A DNA stretch of 64,000 nt from contig OX597824.1 in the NCBI GenBank assembly GCA_951406725.2, positions 52,886,001-52,950,000 on the forward strand, read 5' to 3'. The notes beneath the pieces were generated by a model. It searched no databases and had not been told where the DNA came from. It worked only from the letters and a program-made list of their open reading frames with translations. A program made the translations under genes and the position numbers. Of the stretch, positions 1 to 12,254 are shown one piece after another. Source of the stretch: Octopus vulgaris (Eukaryota). The first letter of the stretch is position 1; each line of letters opens with the position of its first letter.

Positions 1-226
1 ATACTTCTCACATCAAGGAAATACCACTGCACCATAATCCCAAAACACGAGCATCACTCGGGTAGGGCCCTGATGATCGTTGTAAACGCTTGTCTTTAGC
101 CTCAATCGAGAATTTTTCTTGGTGGAACCACATGCTATGTATAGCTAGGCAATCTCAAAGGCAAACCCTTCTCTTCAGGGCCAGAAACTATTTTATCTCC
201 CAACAACTGCTAACACTCTACAAACT

Positions 227-352
227 CAGGATATCTTAGTGCGTATCACCAACATCGTCTCAGATACAGGAGTAGAACAGAAAGTGAGGCTCACATTCGA
301 ATTCTACTCCTACATGTGAGACAGTGCTGGTGAAACGCACTAAGACATCCTG
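227..352. repeat. Imperfect hairpin: 51-bp arms (227-277, 302-352), 24-nt loop
   Basis: CAGGATATCTTAGTGCGTATCACC...GGAGTAGAA versus the reverse complement of TTCTACTCC...GACATCCTG; 8 mismatches in 51 by manual alignment. Confidence 0.85.
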
Positions 353-884
353 GGCCTGTATGCATAGTGAATCCACGAAATTAATTGGCCTTAAATAACT
401 AAATAGGCACAGACTTTCATCTAACCTAAAGATGTGCCGTCACTTTTGTGTATTTTCTATCAGCACTATAATGGCTTCATCTCCTCTGATCTCAGTTCCT
501 TAGTCTGATCTCGTACTTTCTCTACTCAAATCCTATCGACCCACTTTACTTTTATCACTATTACACCTTCTCAGTTGTGCGCTTGTGTGCGCGTACAAAT
601 TCTACGACTTGAACTCAAGGAATGTACGCACACAAGGTTTCCACGATGAAATCAATATTTTTTTTTCAAGGTAAATTATTTGCATTGTTATGCACATCAT
701 ATCTATAAAAGGGAGGATCTGTGTGCGTGTGTGTGTGTACGTGATTGTAATTTATGCACGTCCACAAATTAGCACGCATGTCGCTCAAATTTTAGGAGGA
801 CATTTGTTAACATCCTATCTGAGTTTTGTCAACATTTTTGCCCCCGAGGTACCCGTGGATAGCGTAAATATCTATTTTCAGACA

Positions 885-1182
885 TAGCTTTTAGCCACAA
901 AAAATATCGGCCATTACTTTTTGACAGCGTCAAGCAAAAAAAAAATATAAAGAAAAGTGGAAGAAGAAGGCAGAGAGTTTCACGGGAAAGACAAAGTGAG
1001 AGAAGGAGAGACAGAGAGTAAATGACGACGTTCATGAAAATCTATTTTTAGCCATTGCTTATGGACGGCATCTAACAAAAAAGAATAAGATAAAGAAAAG
1101 TGGAAGAAAGAGGCAGAGAGTTTCACAGGAAAGACAAAGTGAGAGAAGGAGAGAGAAAGAGAGTAATTGATGGCGTTCATAA
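885..1182. repeat. Two-copy direct repeat, ~145-bp unit
   Basis: AAAGAAAAGTGGAAGAA...GGCAGAGAGTTTCAC.GGAAAGACAAAGTGAGAGAAGGAGAGA occurs at ~949 and ~1092. Confidence 0.85.
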
Positions 1183-1264
1183 ATATAATGTAAAATGTTT
1201 TTTTTTTTGAAAGACACTATATTTTATAATCATAGTATATATACTTTCTCACACAACAATTACA

Positions 1265-1821
1265 ATATACTGCGTTCCATTTTGTTTGTTTGTGCGCATG
1301 TATGTGGGTCAGTGTGTGTGTGTGTGTCTATACATGCATACATGTACGTATGTATGTGTGTGTGTGTGTGTTTACATGTGTTTGTATGTTAGATATGTAA
1401 ATAAACATATCAATATACAGACGGATAGGTCTATAGACTATATGAACAGACACATATGGAGACACGGATCCACACATATAAAGATGCACATCCATACATA
1501 AGAAACATGGTACATAGTTACATAACACATACACACAGATATGCACACACAATGAGACAGAGGTGCATATATATACAAACACATGCACACACACACATAC
1601 ATAGAAAATACACAAACACGGACAGGCAAGCACATAAATATGTAGTATACGTACATACAGATGCACACACATACATACATATGCACACACACACTTATAT
1701 ACATACAAACACATGCAAACACACACACATACATACGTACATGCGTGCATGTATAGGCACACACACACACACTGACCCACACACATGCACACAAACAAAC
1801 AAAAGGGAACGCAGTGTATAT
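1265..1821. repeat. Inverted repeat, ~120-bp arms (1265-1389, 1701-1821), around a CA/TA-rich spacer
   Basis: ACTGCGTTCC.TTTTGTTTGTTTGTG...GTGGGTCAGTG versus CACTGACCCAC...CACAAACAAACAAAAGGGAACGCAGT. Confidence 0.85.
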
Positions 1822-2565
1822 AACGGACAGTCAAAACTATTGAAAAGGTTGCACGACGCAACGAAAATTTTAGGAAAATAAAAATAAGAAATAACTGGAA
1901 ATTTTACCGGTGAGTGTGTTAAATAATAAGGCACAAAAAGAAAATGACTCTCCCCAGACACAACAGAATATGCTTCAACACACGAACTCATATAAAGAAT
2001 CTTGCAAACCAAATCCAAAAACGAATTACAATATATTTATTTTAAATCATTTATTTATTTTTAATCGTCCATCTTTGTCTCCTCGCTCTCTCTCACACCC
2101 CTTACTTTGGGTGCGAAAGAGTTTTGTTTTTATTTTACGCCGAGTAAAAAAGTGTTTTGTTGACAATTCATTTATTTAACAACAAAAAAACAAAGAGGTG
2201 AGTAATAATTTGTCAGTGAATTACACAATATAAATGGGTACAATTTGTGAGGCTTCCACCACACCCACTCTGTTTCACGGACAACAAAAAGGGTTTCGAG
2301 GCCAGAGTAATTGATTCCATGCAAAAAAAAAACGATTTTTTTTCTTAGTGAAAATCGTGCGAGTGTTAATCTACAAATTTAACAACATTTTTTCCCATTC
2401 ATTTCTGTTTATGAACATGTATGCGTGCACAAAACATGCAATAGGTGTACGTACGTACGTACGTACGTGTGTGTATGTGTGTTCGTGTCTGTTGCCCAGA
2501 TATATTTATATTATATTATAAGTAAATGAATGGAGGTGAACGAAGATGTTATTAAAGTTCTTTTA

Positions 2566-2647
2566 CTTTCGACATATGTTTCAAAGACAACATGGTATTA
2601 TTCCAAAGGAATAAACGGTGTAAAATGCAATCTTCTCATCAGGAAAG
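2566..2647 (-). ncRNA. Minimal type I hammerhead ribozyme motif (left arm of palindrome)
   Basis: Minus strand: CTTTC-CTGATGA-GAAG...CTTT-GAAA-CATATG-TC-GAAAG; 5-bp stem I, palindromic stem III. Confidence 0.75.
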
Positions 2648-2733
2648 AAAGAGAGCCTATCTCAACAACAAGACATTATAACAATTATAATGTTAATTGT
2701 TATAATGTCTTGTTGTTGAGATAGGCTCTCTTT

Positions 2734-2815
2734 CTTTCCTGATGAGAAGATTGCATTTTACACCGTTTATTCCTTTGGAATAATACCATGTTGACTTCGA
2801 AACATATGTCGAACG
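2734..2815 (+). ncRNA. Minimal type I hammerhead ribozyme motif (right arm of palindrome)
   Basis: TTC-CTGATGA(2739-2745)-GAAG...CTTC-GAAA(2799-2802)-CATATG-TC-GAA; GUC cleavage predicted after 2810. Confidence 0.8.
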
Positions 2816-3699
2816 TAAAAGAATTTTAATAACATCTTCGTTCAACTCCATTTATTTACTTATAATACACAAATTACTGCACATTAACCCGGAGTTTCTA
2901 CCTTTGAATAGGTCGCTTCATCCGTGTTACTTGCGTGGATTTTGCTACCCTGGTAACTGTTTACTGAATTTTTCAAGTGAACGGTAAACAAAGGATAATT
3001 CATTCATCCATTTATATATTATATTATATAATACATATAATATATATAATATATATATATATGTAATATAACTAATTTCAACGGATTTCGCCCAAATTTG
3101 ACGTCTATATTACTTAGTTTGGTTTGAAATAAAGAACTTGATTAGCTTAATAATCGTAACTTAATCCCGGGCAAGGCCGGGTTATATTGCTAGTATTCGT
3201 AAAAACGAAGACAAAAAAAAGACTGGAAAAGACACGTGCACATTTCTGCACACACAGCAAAATATTGTTTGCCGTCCAACGATCGAGGTGACGCACTGTC
3301 CTTTCTCCTAAGATCATCAGCCCTCTAGAATCTTCTTCCTGTTCATGTTTTTTCTTCAGGTGCTGATGTGCAAGAATTTAAGTGGAACTTCAATGGCATG
3401 ATCGATGTTTCTAGTCAAGGAGGGCCTACAAAGACCATGGGTACTGCCCCTTCCTCCAGACATAGCAAATAAAAAAACGATAGATGATATATTTCGAGGA
3501 CAAAAATAATTCGCTGTTATTTGTGTTTCTAGAATGTATTGCCTAGTGACGTTGCCGTCTTCGTCGTCTCGGTTGTCCGTTGTATGTCGATGTTGATCGT
3601 TCTGTTCCGAACTCATCTCTGGTAGGTTCGCATCTGAGCAACAGAGCCAGCTTTTGATCTGCAGCAGTGAAGTTACTTGACGCATTGGAAAAGTGATAC

Positions 3700-4700
3700 T
3701 TCTCCTGTGCACCTTTGTATTCTCTTTGTCGTTTCATCTCAAATGCGAGAGTTATGAATTTTCGAGATCGGTGCCATTTATTGCACCGCACGGCCGTCTC
3801 CTCCTGGGTGTCTGGGGTGATACCGCCGTTCTCTTCAGTACATCCCTGTATCATAACCTCTGGCCACCTCGGCTTCTCCTTCCCTGACGCAGTTCAGCAC
3901 AGAAACCACCTTTGGGAGCCTGCCGCCTTTTATCCTACACGCATGTCCCGCCCAGCGCAGCTGCGATGAGGTAATGAGAACCTCCACACTAACTGCGCCA
4001 GCGCACTTGATCCCGCCATCTGATATGCAATGAATGTGCTCCCTCTGATATGCAAGATGGAGCACAGATAACGAAGCTGGACTCATATCAGGGCCTGATG
4101 TGCCTATGGTAGAGGGACATGTGTTCCGTGGCGTTGAGGAGGCAAGGGAGCACTGCAGCATTGTACACCTTTATTTTCGTTATTGTGGAAAACATCATGG
4201 CAGCTTCACAAACACCAAGAAGGGAGATTAATGTTGCTCTGCTGCTTTCTCCTGCAGTTATCGCAGTGTGAAGATCATGTCTGTGATAGATCTCCCTGCA
4301 TGAAGTCACAGAGACTCTCTTGTAAGACCTGCTCAGAGATGTTTTTTCTGCTGGTTGAGAATGGTTTTCGTTAGCACCTTCTTGGTTCTCACATTCCGCC
4401 CATCAACCTTAGTTTTGTAAGTGGTGACTATCAAGGTGTCCTTGAAAACCTAGGGCACACATTCATTAGGCAGACAAGTGTTGTACAGAATCAACGATTC
4501 ATTGCAGAGATTTTGCACATCTTTTTGTGCACATCTGAGGGAATACGTGCACAAAAAGGCCTGATAATTTGCATCTTGCCATGGCCTTCCAGTTTTCTAC
4601 AGATCTTGTAATGGGAATCCCATGGCAAAGGTCATCTTTGATCTGGTGCCGCTCTGGTTATTTGCAAACGTCTGGTTGGATGGTTCTTAACCTGTGATAG
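3700..4700 (-). mobile_element. Decayed RTE-clade LINE, 3' part of ORF
   Basis: KIKVYNAAVLPCLLNATE (4088..4309) and QLRWAGHACRIKGGRLPK (3835..4161) match RTE RT C-terminal motifs; several frameshifts. Confidence 0.75.
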
Positions 4701-5689
4701 CCGTGTCTTGCTAGTTAGCCATGTTCTGCAAAGTTTCAGCCTACCTGCGTCACCAGTCACTCTTCAGCAATCTCTTTTTACTCTGCACTTGGGTTTCTTC
4801 TGCAGATGTCGCTGGTGCAAGCGTTGATTTTCATCGAGCAGCTTTTGGACCACCTCTCCGAGCTCCAAGAACCAATCAGATGTTTTACACTGAAAGGGCA
4901 ATAGGATCTCCTTAGCAGTAGGGAACCCCACCTCACCCATTCCAATGCTCCTTGCTGCCATCCAGTACGTCTGAGATGACTGTCGTACCCCCATCCGCAG
5001 CCGTAACGGCAGCAGTCAGTCTCCGACAGTGCTTCACGTTTGCTGACTAGCTGATGTCATACTTCCCTAGCTTTGTGCTATTTCTTTCAAAATCAACCGG
5101 AAGTTGTCATGTAAAATAACGGTAACGTTAAGCTAACATTAGACAACAAGACATATTTGACAAGACTATGGAAAAGAAACATCCATTCTCATATTAATTT
5201 AAAATGATCGATGATATCGATGAAGACTACACGTGATAAGATCTATTGGGCGATCAATAAATGTCTCGAATACAACTGCTATCATTCTGAAGGAGCACTA
5301 GGAGATACCCGCCCAAAGCACATTTTAATGAAATAACGTTAGTAGTTTTGATGGATAATAAAACGATGAAAAACATCAACAGCCTGTACTGCAGAATCGG
5401 CCATTTAGATACACCATAATAAGCTGAATAAACAGTTCAAAGAGCACCAACTGCATCGTATTAAATGATATTAAGATGTACGGGGGTGTTGCACACCAAA
5501 CTTCCCAGAGAAAATTTTTATCTTCAAAGCCTTTATAGTTCTCTGAGTGAAAGAAAATTGTTCTCCTAAAACCTACAGTAAGGAATTTGCATTAATTGCA
5601 ATAGTGCTTCTTAAAAACTTCTTCATTGGATGAGAAATAAAACAATATATCTAATGTAAAAATAGATTTTTCTCTTGAAGCTCTTGAAT

Positions 5690-6355
5690 TATACTACCAA
5701 TTTGAATATTATAATGTGGAGAAAATCAACTATAATGTACAATGGAAGAAAACAACCAGGAAGAAATACTGTATCAACATCAACATACCCCACCAGGTCT
5801 ATCACTTTCACGGAAACTGTGGGAAAGCTGCATAATAGGATGACCAGAAAATAGTGGAAAACGATACAAAGTGTCAACGTTTTAAATGGTCTCATATATA
5901 TTTTGAAAAAGCTATGGAAGTCCGAGTTACTTCATTAGCTAGGCATAGCACAGATAAAATGACAAGAGAAAAGGGTTAGAAAACTATATTTAAACATTAT
6001 GTATGAAAATGTAACAGACTTTTCATAGACTGGCTTAAAGAATTCTTTCAAAATGATTACGAGTCTAAAAAGTGACTGATGAACAAACTAATGGAAATAA
6101 GAGAATGTGACGCCAAAGAAAATTTCATAAACCTGTGTTGCGTTAATAAAATCTTGTGATAAAATAGTTTGATAAAAAGAAAGGTGTTTGACTCTATTCT
6201 ACACTCATGGCTTCTTCGCTACTTTATATCATTCAAAAGGCTTACATCAATAATGTTCATCCTTATAAAATGATATCCTTAATGCAATAAATTTTTCAAA
6301 AGAAATATTCGAAGGAGATGGCCTACATGCACGTTTATTTATTTTGCAAAACTTT
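5690..6355 (-). pseudogene. Possible decayed class A GPCR remnant
   Basis: FCK...NISFEKFIALRISF (~6270-6350; TM3/ERF-like), then ~430 bp downstream FLVILLCSFPTVSVKVI...FLPLYIIVDFLHII (TM6/TM7-like). Motif resemblance only. Confidence 0.3.
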
Positions 6356-6473
6356 CAGTCTTTTATATAACGCGGAGAAACATTAAGGCATAACATGTAT
6401 CTTATAACCTTTGCATATTGACTATCTAAAGATCTACAGAACAAAATATTTATAATTCAGGAAAACACTTGTA

Positions 6474-6484
6474 TATGTATGTAA

Positions 6485-6515
<31 letters not shown>

Positions 6516-7196
6516 TGTATGTATGTATGTATGTATGTATGCATGTATGTATGTATGTATCTTCTATTTTTTATTAGTATAAATCTTCCACTGATTGGGG
6601 AGCAGGTTTCCAACAAAGATACAAAGCTCCATCTCTGGGATGTAGTTAACAGAAACAAATTCACATTTGGAACATAAGAAAAGATTTGCATATTTTTACT
6701 GTTCCACTCACAGATTGGACTTGTACGAATTTGCCGGTCAATTTCTCTTTCTGAAAATCCCAGTTTATCCAGATTCTTCTTTAAGCATTTACTAACAAAA
6801 CCTAGTGCCCCAGTCATTATTGGTATGAATATGAATTCATAGTCTGGATATAGAAGCTGAAGGTTTCGAAGCAGTTGTCGATGTATGTATGTATTTATGT
6901 ATGTATGTATGTATGTATGTATGTATGTATGTATGTATGTATGTATGTATGTACGTACGTACGTATGTATGTATGTATGTATGTATGTATGTATGTATGC
7001 ATGTCATTATTCAGTTTTATTTCAAGATTTCATGCCAATAGAGAAAGAGTCGGTTTCATACCTAAATCCAAGGCTCCTTTATTGGAATTTCAACATCAAA
7101 AACAGGGTATTCTTGTATGCATAAATATGTGCAGATTGGTATGTTTTGTTTTATGTATGTATGTATGTATGTATGTATGTATGTATGTATGTATGT
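6474..7196. repeat. (TATG)n microsatellite tract split by two insertions
   Basis: Runs at ~6488-6560, ~6881-7000 and ~7153-7195. Confidence 0.95.
6561..6880 (-). mobile_element. 5'-truncated RLE-type (R4/Dong/NeSL-like) non-LTR retrotransposon 3' end
   Basis: LLRNLQLLYPDYEFIFIPIMTGALGFV resembles the IPI(I/V)xGALG motif after the restriction-like endonuclease (RLE); AATAAA then (TACA)n; (TATG)n on both sides. Confidence 0.6.
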
Positions 7197-7725
7197 CCTT
7201 AGCATGGTTTTAAACAGTATCCAGTAGTGGGACCGTGGTACGGAGTTTCAAGGTTTTGAGGAGTGTGGAACCTCCTCTTAGCAACTATTGTTCCCATCTC
7301 TACTATCATCCACAGCTGTAGCTGTTACGGTCCGAGTCATGAGTTAACTAGCATGTGAACCACAAGGAGTGAAGAACCACTAGTTCTCGTTAGAACTTAC
7401 TTCTAGGAGAAGGCTTTAAAAATGCCTGAAGTGTAGTCGGTTTCTGGTACTCTCAATCCCTTTTGTGTCATTGGTGTTATAGATGAGTGCACTGAAAAGT
7501 GGGTCCAGGACAGTGCAACACTCAAACGGATTTACGCACAGGAACTTCTTGGCGTCTCGGAACATTTGCATGGTCTTACTGAAATTAGGAAGTAGTCTTG
7601 CTCGGTCGTGAGTTCACTGCTACTGTGTATGCCTGTATGTATGCATGCATGTGTGTATGTATGGATGCACGCATGAATGTTTGTATATATGTATGTATGT
7701 ATGAATGTAGATAGATATATATGTT

Positions 7726-7764
<39 letters not shown>

Positions 7765-7766
<2 letters not shown>

Positions 7767-8023
7767 GTTTCTTTATTGGCCACACAGGGCTGCATACAGA
7801 TGGGACACGTTACAAGGTAGAGCTTTTCTTTTGGGGGATGAAAAAAACAAAAAACAAAAGAAACAAAAAAAGGGGTGGCGTAGGTTTTCGATCAAGAGGG
7901 ATCGTAAAAGGGAAGAAAAGAACAAAAAAAATAAAATAAAATAAAAAATAAAAAATAAAAATAAAGAAGGAACAAAAGAAAAGAGAAATGAAAAAAGAAG
8001 AAAAAAGGGGAAAAAAGGGGAAG
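7765..8023 (-). mobile_element. 5'-truncated 3' UTR of a Tx1 element related to 13501-19393
   Basis: GCCACACAGGGCT...ACAGA...ACAA.GTAGA shared with 13515-13562; minus-strand AATAAA then (ATCT)n; (GATA)n at 7727-7764 and 8024-8123. Confidence 0.75.
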
Positions 8024-8123
<100 letters not shown>

Positions 8124-8999
8124 GTACTGCTATGCTTACACTGCTACTACTTAGTTTTACGTTTTACTTCTAAGTGAGTATGTTGATTGTTATCAGGTAT
8201 TGAAATTTCAAGACTTCAATACTGGTATGTCACTTTCATACAGTCTCTCGTTGCTGAAGTTTCCTTACGCTCTTTCCATTTCTAGACATTTCGATGATTT
8301 ATCTGCGGTGAACGGGATATATTCAACTTCGATATGAATATTTCCTGATGACCATTTGCTAAGGCCAAGACTTTGATGATCTTGGTTCGATTCTTACTCA
8401 ATTGACATCTGAGCCCCTCTTGAGAGATGATAATGCGTAAGTTAGTGTATAAAAATTCTTGGTCTCTGTTTTCTCAATTCCCAGATCCACAGATTTATTG
8501 TCACTTCAAAGAAAACCAACGATAAAGTACATCCCATCACAATGATTTCTTCTAATTACAGTAATTATGTAACGTAGCTCTGCACAATGAATCGCAGGTC
8601 GATCCCATGATGGTAGTTTGCAATGATTGTAAAAGATCATCTGGACTATAGCAATGTATGTCTTCTACTTTATGCAATTTGTTTCACTGTCATAAACTTT
8701 AGTGAATCTAATATTTTTGTAGCCTTCACTTCCTTGATCATCTTACTGAAGCTGATTTTAATTATTAAGAAATTTTCCTTTTCTATACTTCCATGTTAGT
8801 TCTCTATCACATAATTAGTTATGTGTCTGGTTCAAATAGCAAACATTTTAGTTGTACATTAAGCAATGGTATGAGGAAATCTGTTAGTCGTGCTAGAAAT
8901 TTTATTTCAATGCAGCAGCCTTCTGCCGCCTGAAAATTTCTTGTTATTTTCCCTATCCTCTAGTTGACTCAGTAACTGCTTGAACGAAAGTCGAGAAAT

Positions 9000-9640
9000 G
9001 AAGTGTGAGACAAGGAAAAATGAAACAACAACAAAACAAATTGGAGATGATGTTAACAGAACGAAACAGCTCAGCCAGTTTTAATGAAATTATTTACTTT
9101 CAAAATATCAGGGAAAATAGGTGCGGAATGAAATATGTGAATAGAAACGCAACAGATTATATTGTGAATATGTTGCATAAAGAACTTTATCCGGAACAAA
9201 CAAAAACAAAATGGAAAAACTAATAAGAAGAATATCATAGTCAAAATATTTTAAAATCAGTTTAATCCCGTTCAGGTCAACTTTGGTTGCAATCCTCTCG
9301 GAACGAGAGAATAAAGTTTCAGTCAAATATTATGTATCAATGTGATTAACAACCCTACACTAAAATGGGTGGCTCGATGTCAATAGCATAAATCAATAAT
9401 TATGAAGGAACATTAACTAATTTTTAATAATGATAAAGTCATTTTTCAAAATTATTTATGTCCGGTGTATATACACAAAGGAAATGGAGATCTGGATAAT
9501 ATGGTGTCTGCACCCAAATTATTTGATGATTTCTTGTCGATAAAATATCTATCCATTGCGAATGATTCAAGTATTTTTCATGGAAAATAATCATCAGAAT
9601 AGTAAAGATGGAGAAACTGGGTTTTTGATAACATTGTATG
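9000..9640 (-). pseudogene. Possible decayed class A GPCR remnant
   Basis: ILESFAMDRYF (AMDRY at 9545-9559), AFLFTYFIPHL (9118-9150) and LFRSVNIISNLF in TM3-TM6-TM7 order with plausible spacing; stops and frameshifts. Confidence 0.35.
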
Positions 9641-9990
9641 ACAGTTTATAAGCAGAAACGGAAGTAATATATCGACTATAGGATTATTACATATTTCCAT
9701 ATATTATGGCATAACATTGTATGAATTGAATAATTTTGAATGAGATATAGAATTTTTTTAAATCGTCCGTTTACGGAAACAATTTTAATGTCGATTTGAT
9801 TTCTTTCCTTATTTAAATTATTACTTTTATTATTCATTCTGAGGGACTTATATCAAGTCTGCTGGAGCTTACCTTAGTGTGCTTCCATTTACCTCAGACG
9901 AAACCTTACCGATCTACTATTGATTTTGGAATACCACGCTAGACAGGACCCAGCTTGATGTGCTAATGAGGCGATTGCCAGGATTATAAT

Positions 9991-10040
<50 letters not shown>

Positions 10041-10523
10041 CAAAAGTGAGAGTATTTCCACGCAAGAAAAAATATAGGATTGTTTGTTGTTGAAAATTCA
10101 TCTAAATTTGAAAAATTTGTAACTGTTTAAGATAGATTTATTTACATATATATCAAACTAGTTTCAAGAATATTTTTTTGTTTATCAGTGGTAAAATTTT
10201 ACAATTTTGAATTAGAAAAGCATTTTTAAAAGTTTCAATGTTGACAACTTAAAATGTTCATAACAGACAAATTTAGAATTATGAATTAGTAAAACATGTT
10301 CAGAAATTGCCATGTTGACAAGTTTAAATTTTCATAACAGTCAATAATATTAAAATTCTGCATCAATTTGCTTGAATGGACAAAGGTCATTAGTGTTAGT
10401 AGTGATCTACAAAAAATGCATATCATCAAAGTTTCAGTCACACTGAGTTAAGAGGGAAAAACAAGGGAGAAATGAAGATAGTAAAAAAGGGATTTGGATT
10501 GCATTTCTTAGATCCCCTTTGCG

Positions 10524-12254
10524 TCGTGTGTAGGAATTTTCACTTGTAGCGGTGTGTTTTGGAATCCGGTGTATTTATAATTTTTTTCCGCGGGCGGATC
10601 TGATTTTTGATTCCTTAAAGTACTGGTGACGTCTTGTTTTTCCGGTGGTCAAGTTTGTCGTTCTACCTGGTTGGCTTCCCTATGGGGAACGGTCATCAGT
10701 CGTTCTGGTTGATTCTCTTAAAGGGTCATTTTGTTGTATTTGTTGTTCTGCTTGTTTGGCTTCCCTGTGGGGAACGGTCATCAGTCGTTCCAGTTGGTTG
10801 ATTCTCTTGAAGGGTCATTTTGTTGCATTTGCTGAAGTTCGGTTTTAATTGGTCTAGTGTTAACTGACGTCAGCAACTGGTGTTTGTAAAATTTCATTGG
10901 TCAAGAGCTAGGTGACGTCGGAAACTGAAATTGAAACCGAGATCTTCTTCAAAACCAACGGACTCAAAACAATATCTTATTCTCCTCCTGCCATCCAAAA
11001 CATAGTAAAACAAATATACCTTTCAACTTCGCAAGAAGAATTTGCACGATTATATCAAATTCCGAAATCCGAGAAAAGCAACTCCAAGAACTTAAAAACA
11101 CATTGCTAGATATAAAAATACCCGGCCAGTCTAATCAAAAACGGAATAGAACGTGCAAAAATGATAAACATCCAAGAGTTACGGAAAACAAGAAAACACT
11201 ATGACACGCTTAAAACTTTATCTTAAGTATCAACACACAATTTGAGGAACATGGAAGCATACAATATCGTCCACCAAAACATACCACTCCTTATGAAGGA
11301 CATGCGAATGAAAAAGGCACTGGAAGCACATAGGATTATTAAAAGCAAGAGACAGCCGCAATCCCTAAAGAAGTTACTCACCAGCGCCAAATTACCTACC
11401 GGAAATACAACCCCACTAGTCAAAAAGTGCAACCGCCCTAACTACAGAGCTTGCATCTTCTTAGAGGGCTCAGCATACAAATTTAAGTCAGGTCAAACTT
11501 TTATCATAAAAATCATTTCACCTGTCCTTCGAAGAACTTAATCTATGTTCTCAAATGTAGAGGGCGTGGTGGAGACTACATAGGTCAAACTGGTTTAACT
11601 TTGAGGAACTGACTAACAGTGCAGAGGCAACAAATCAGAGACCCCACGACTAGGAAAATTCTCGTAAGCAAACACGTAGACCAATGCCTCGTAAACATAA
11701 ACCCAAAATACCAAATCTTCCCTCTCTATCAATGCACCGGAAACAATTCAACCTAATTCCGTTTAAATAAGGAAAGCATACTCATTAAAACATAAATCAC
11801 AGCTGAATATCCTTTAGAAAGAAGAAAAAATCACTAAAGAGAAAAAGGTAAAAAGACTCAATTTCTCCACAAAGAAGACAGCCAGGAACAACAAACGATT
11901 TTTAAAACTTTAGTAACAGTCTTCACCCGGGTTTCGAAACAACAACTCCAAATTACCATACAAACACCTGTTGCCGACGTCACCTATGAAATTTTACAAA
12001 CACCAGTTGCTGACGTCAGTTAACACTAGACCAATCAAAACCGATTGGCAAATACAACAAAATGACCCTTCAAGAGAATCAACCAACCGGAACGACTGAT
12101 GAAGCCAACCTGGCAGAACGACAAACTTGACCACCGGAAAAACAAGACGTCACCAGTACTTTAACGAATCAAAAATCAGATCCGCTCGCGGAAAAAATTA
12201 TAAATACACCGAATTCCAAAACACACCGCTACAAGTGAAAATTCCTACACACGA
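10524..12254 (+). mobile_element. 5'-truncated Penelope-like element with inverted terminal repeats
   Basis: Broken ORF NIPFNFARRIC...SKRQPQSLKKLLTSAKL...KKCNRPN...NLIYVLKC...DYIGQTG (GIY-YIG); 10524-10921 is the inverse of 11974-12254. Confidence 0.85.

Larger units (their letters stand above)
2514..2867. repeat. Near-perfect palindrome: 174-bp arms, 6-nt loop (2688-2693); probably an inverted pair of PLE pseudo-LTRs
   Basis: Arms pair around position 2690.5 with few mismatches. Each arm carries a hammerhead motif. The right copy continues to a TA-rich tract at ~3010. Confidence 0.9.
702..3193 (+). mobile_element. Non-autonomous Helitron-like element (~2.5 kb)
   Basis: 3' end has the hairpin CCCGG-GCAAGG-CCGGG (3166-3181), then 8 nt, CTAG (3190-3193) and T. 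Candidate 5' end is A|TCTATAAAAG followed by a GT-rich tract (alternative TC at 697). No Rep/Hel ORF; 5' boundary uncertain. Confidence 0.55.

Noticed and set aside
12090-12125. CTGATGA in the 10.5-12.3 kb PLE repeats (also minus strand at ~10695 and ~10780)
   Set aside because: A hairpin follows, but there is no GAAA...UH core or closing stem I, so I did not call it a hammerhead.
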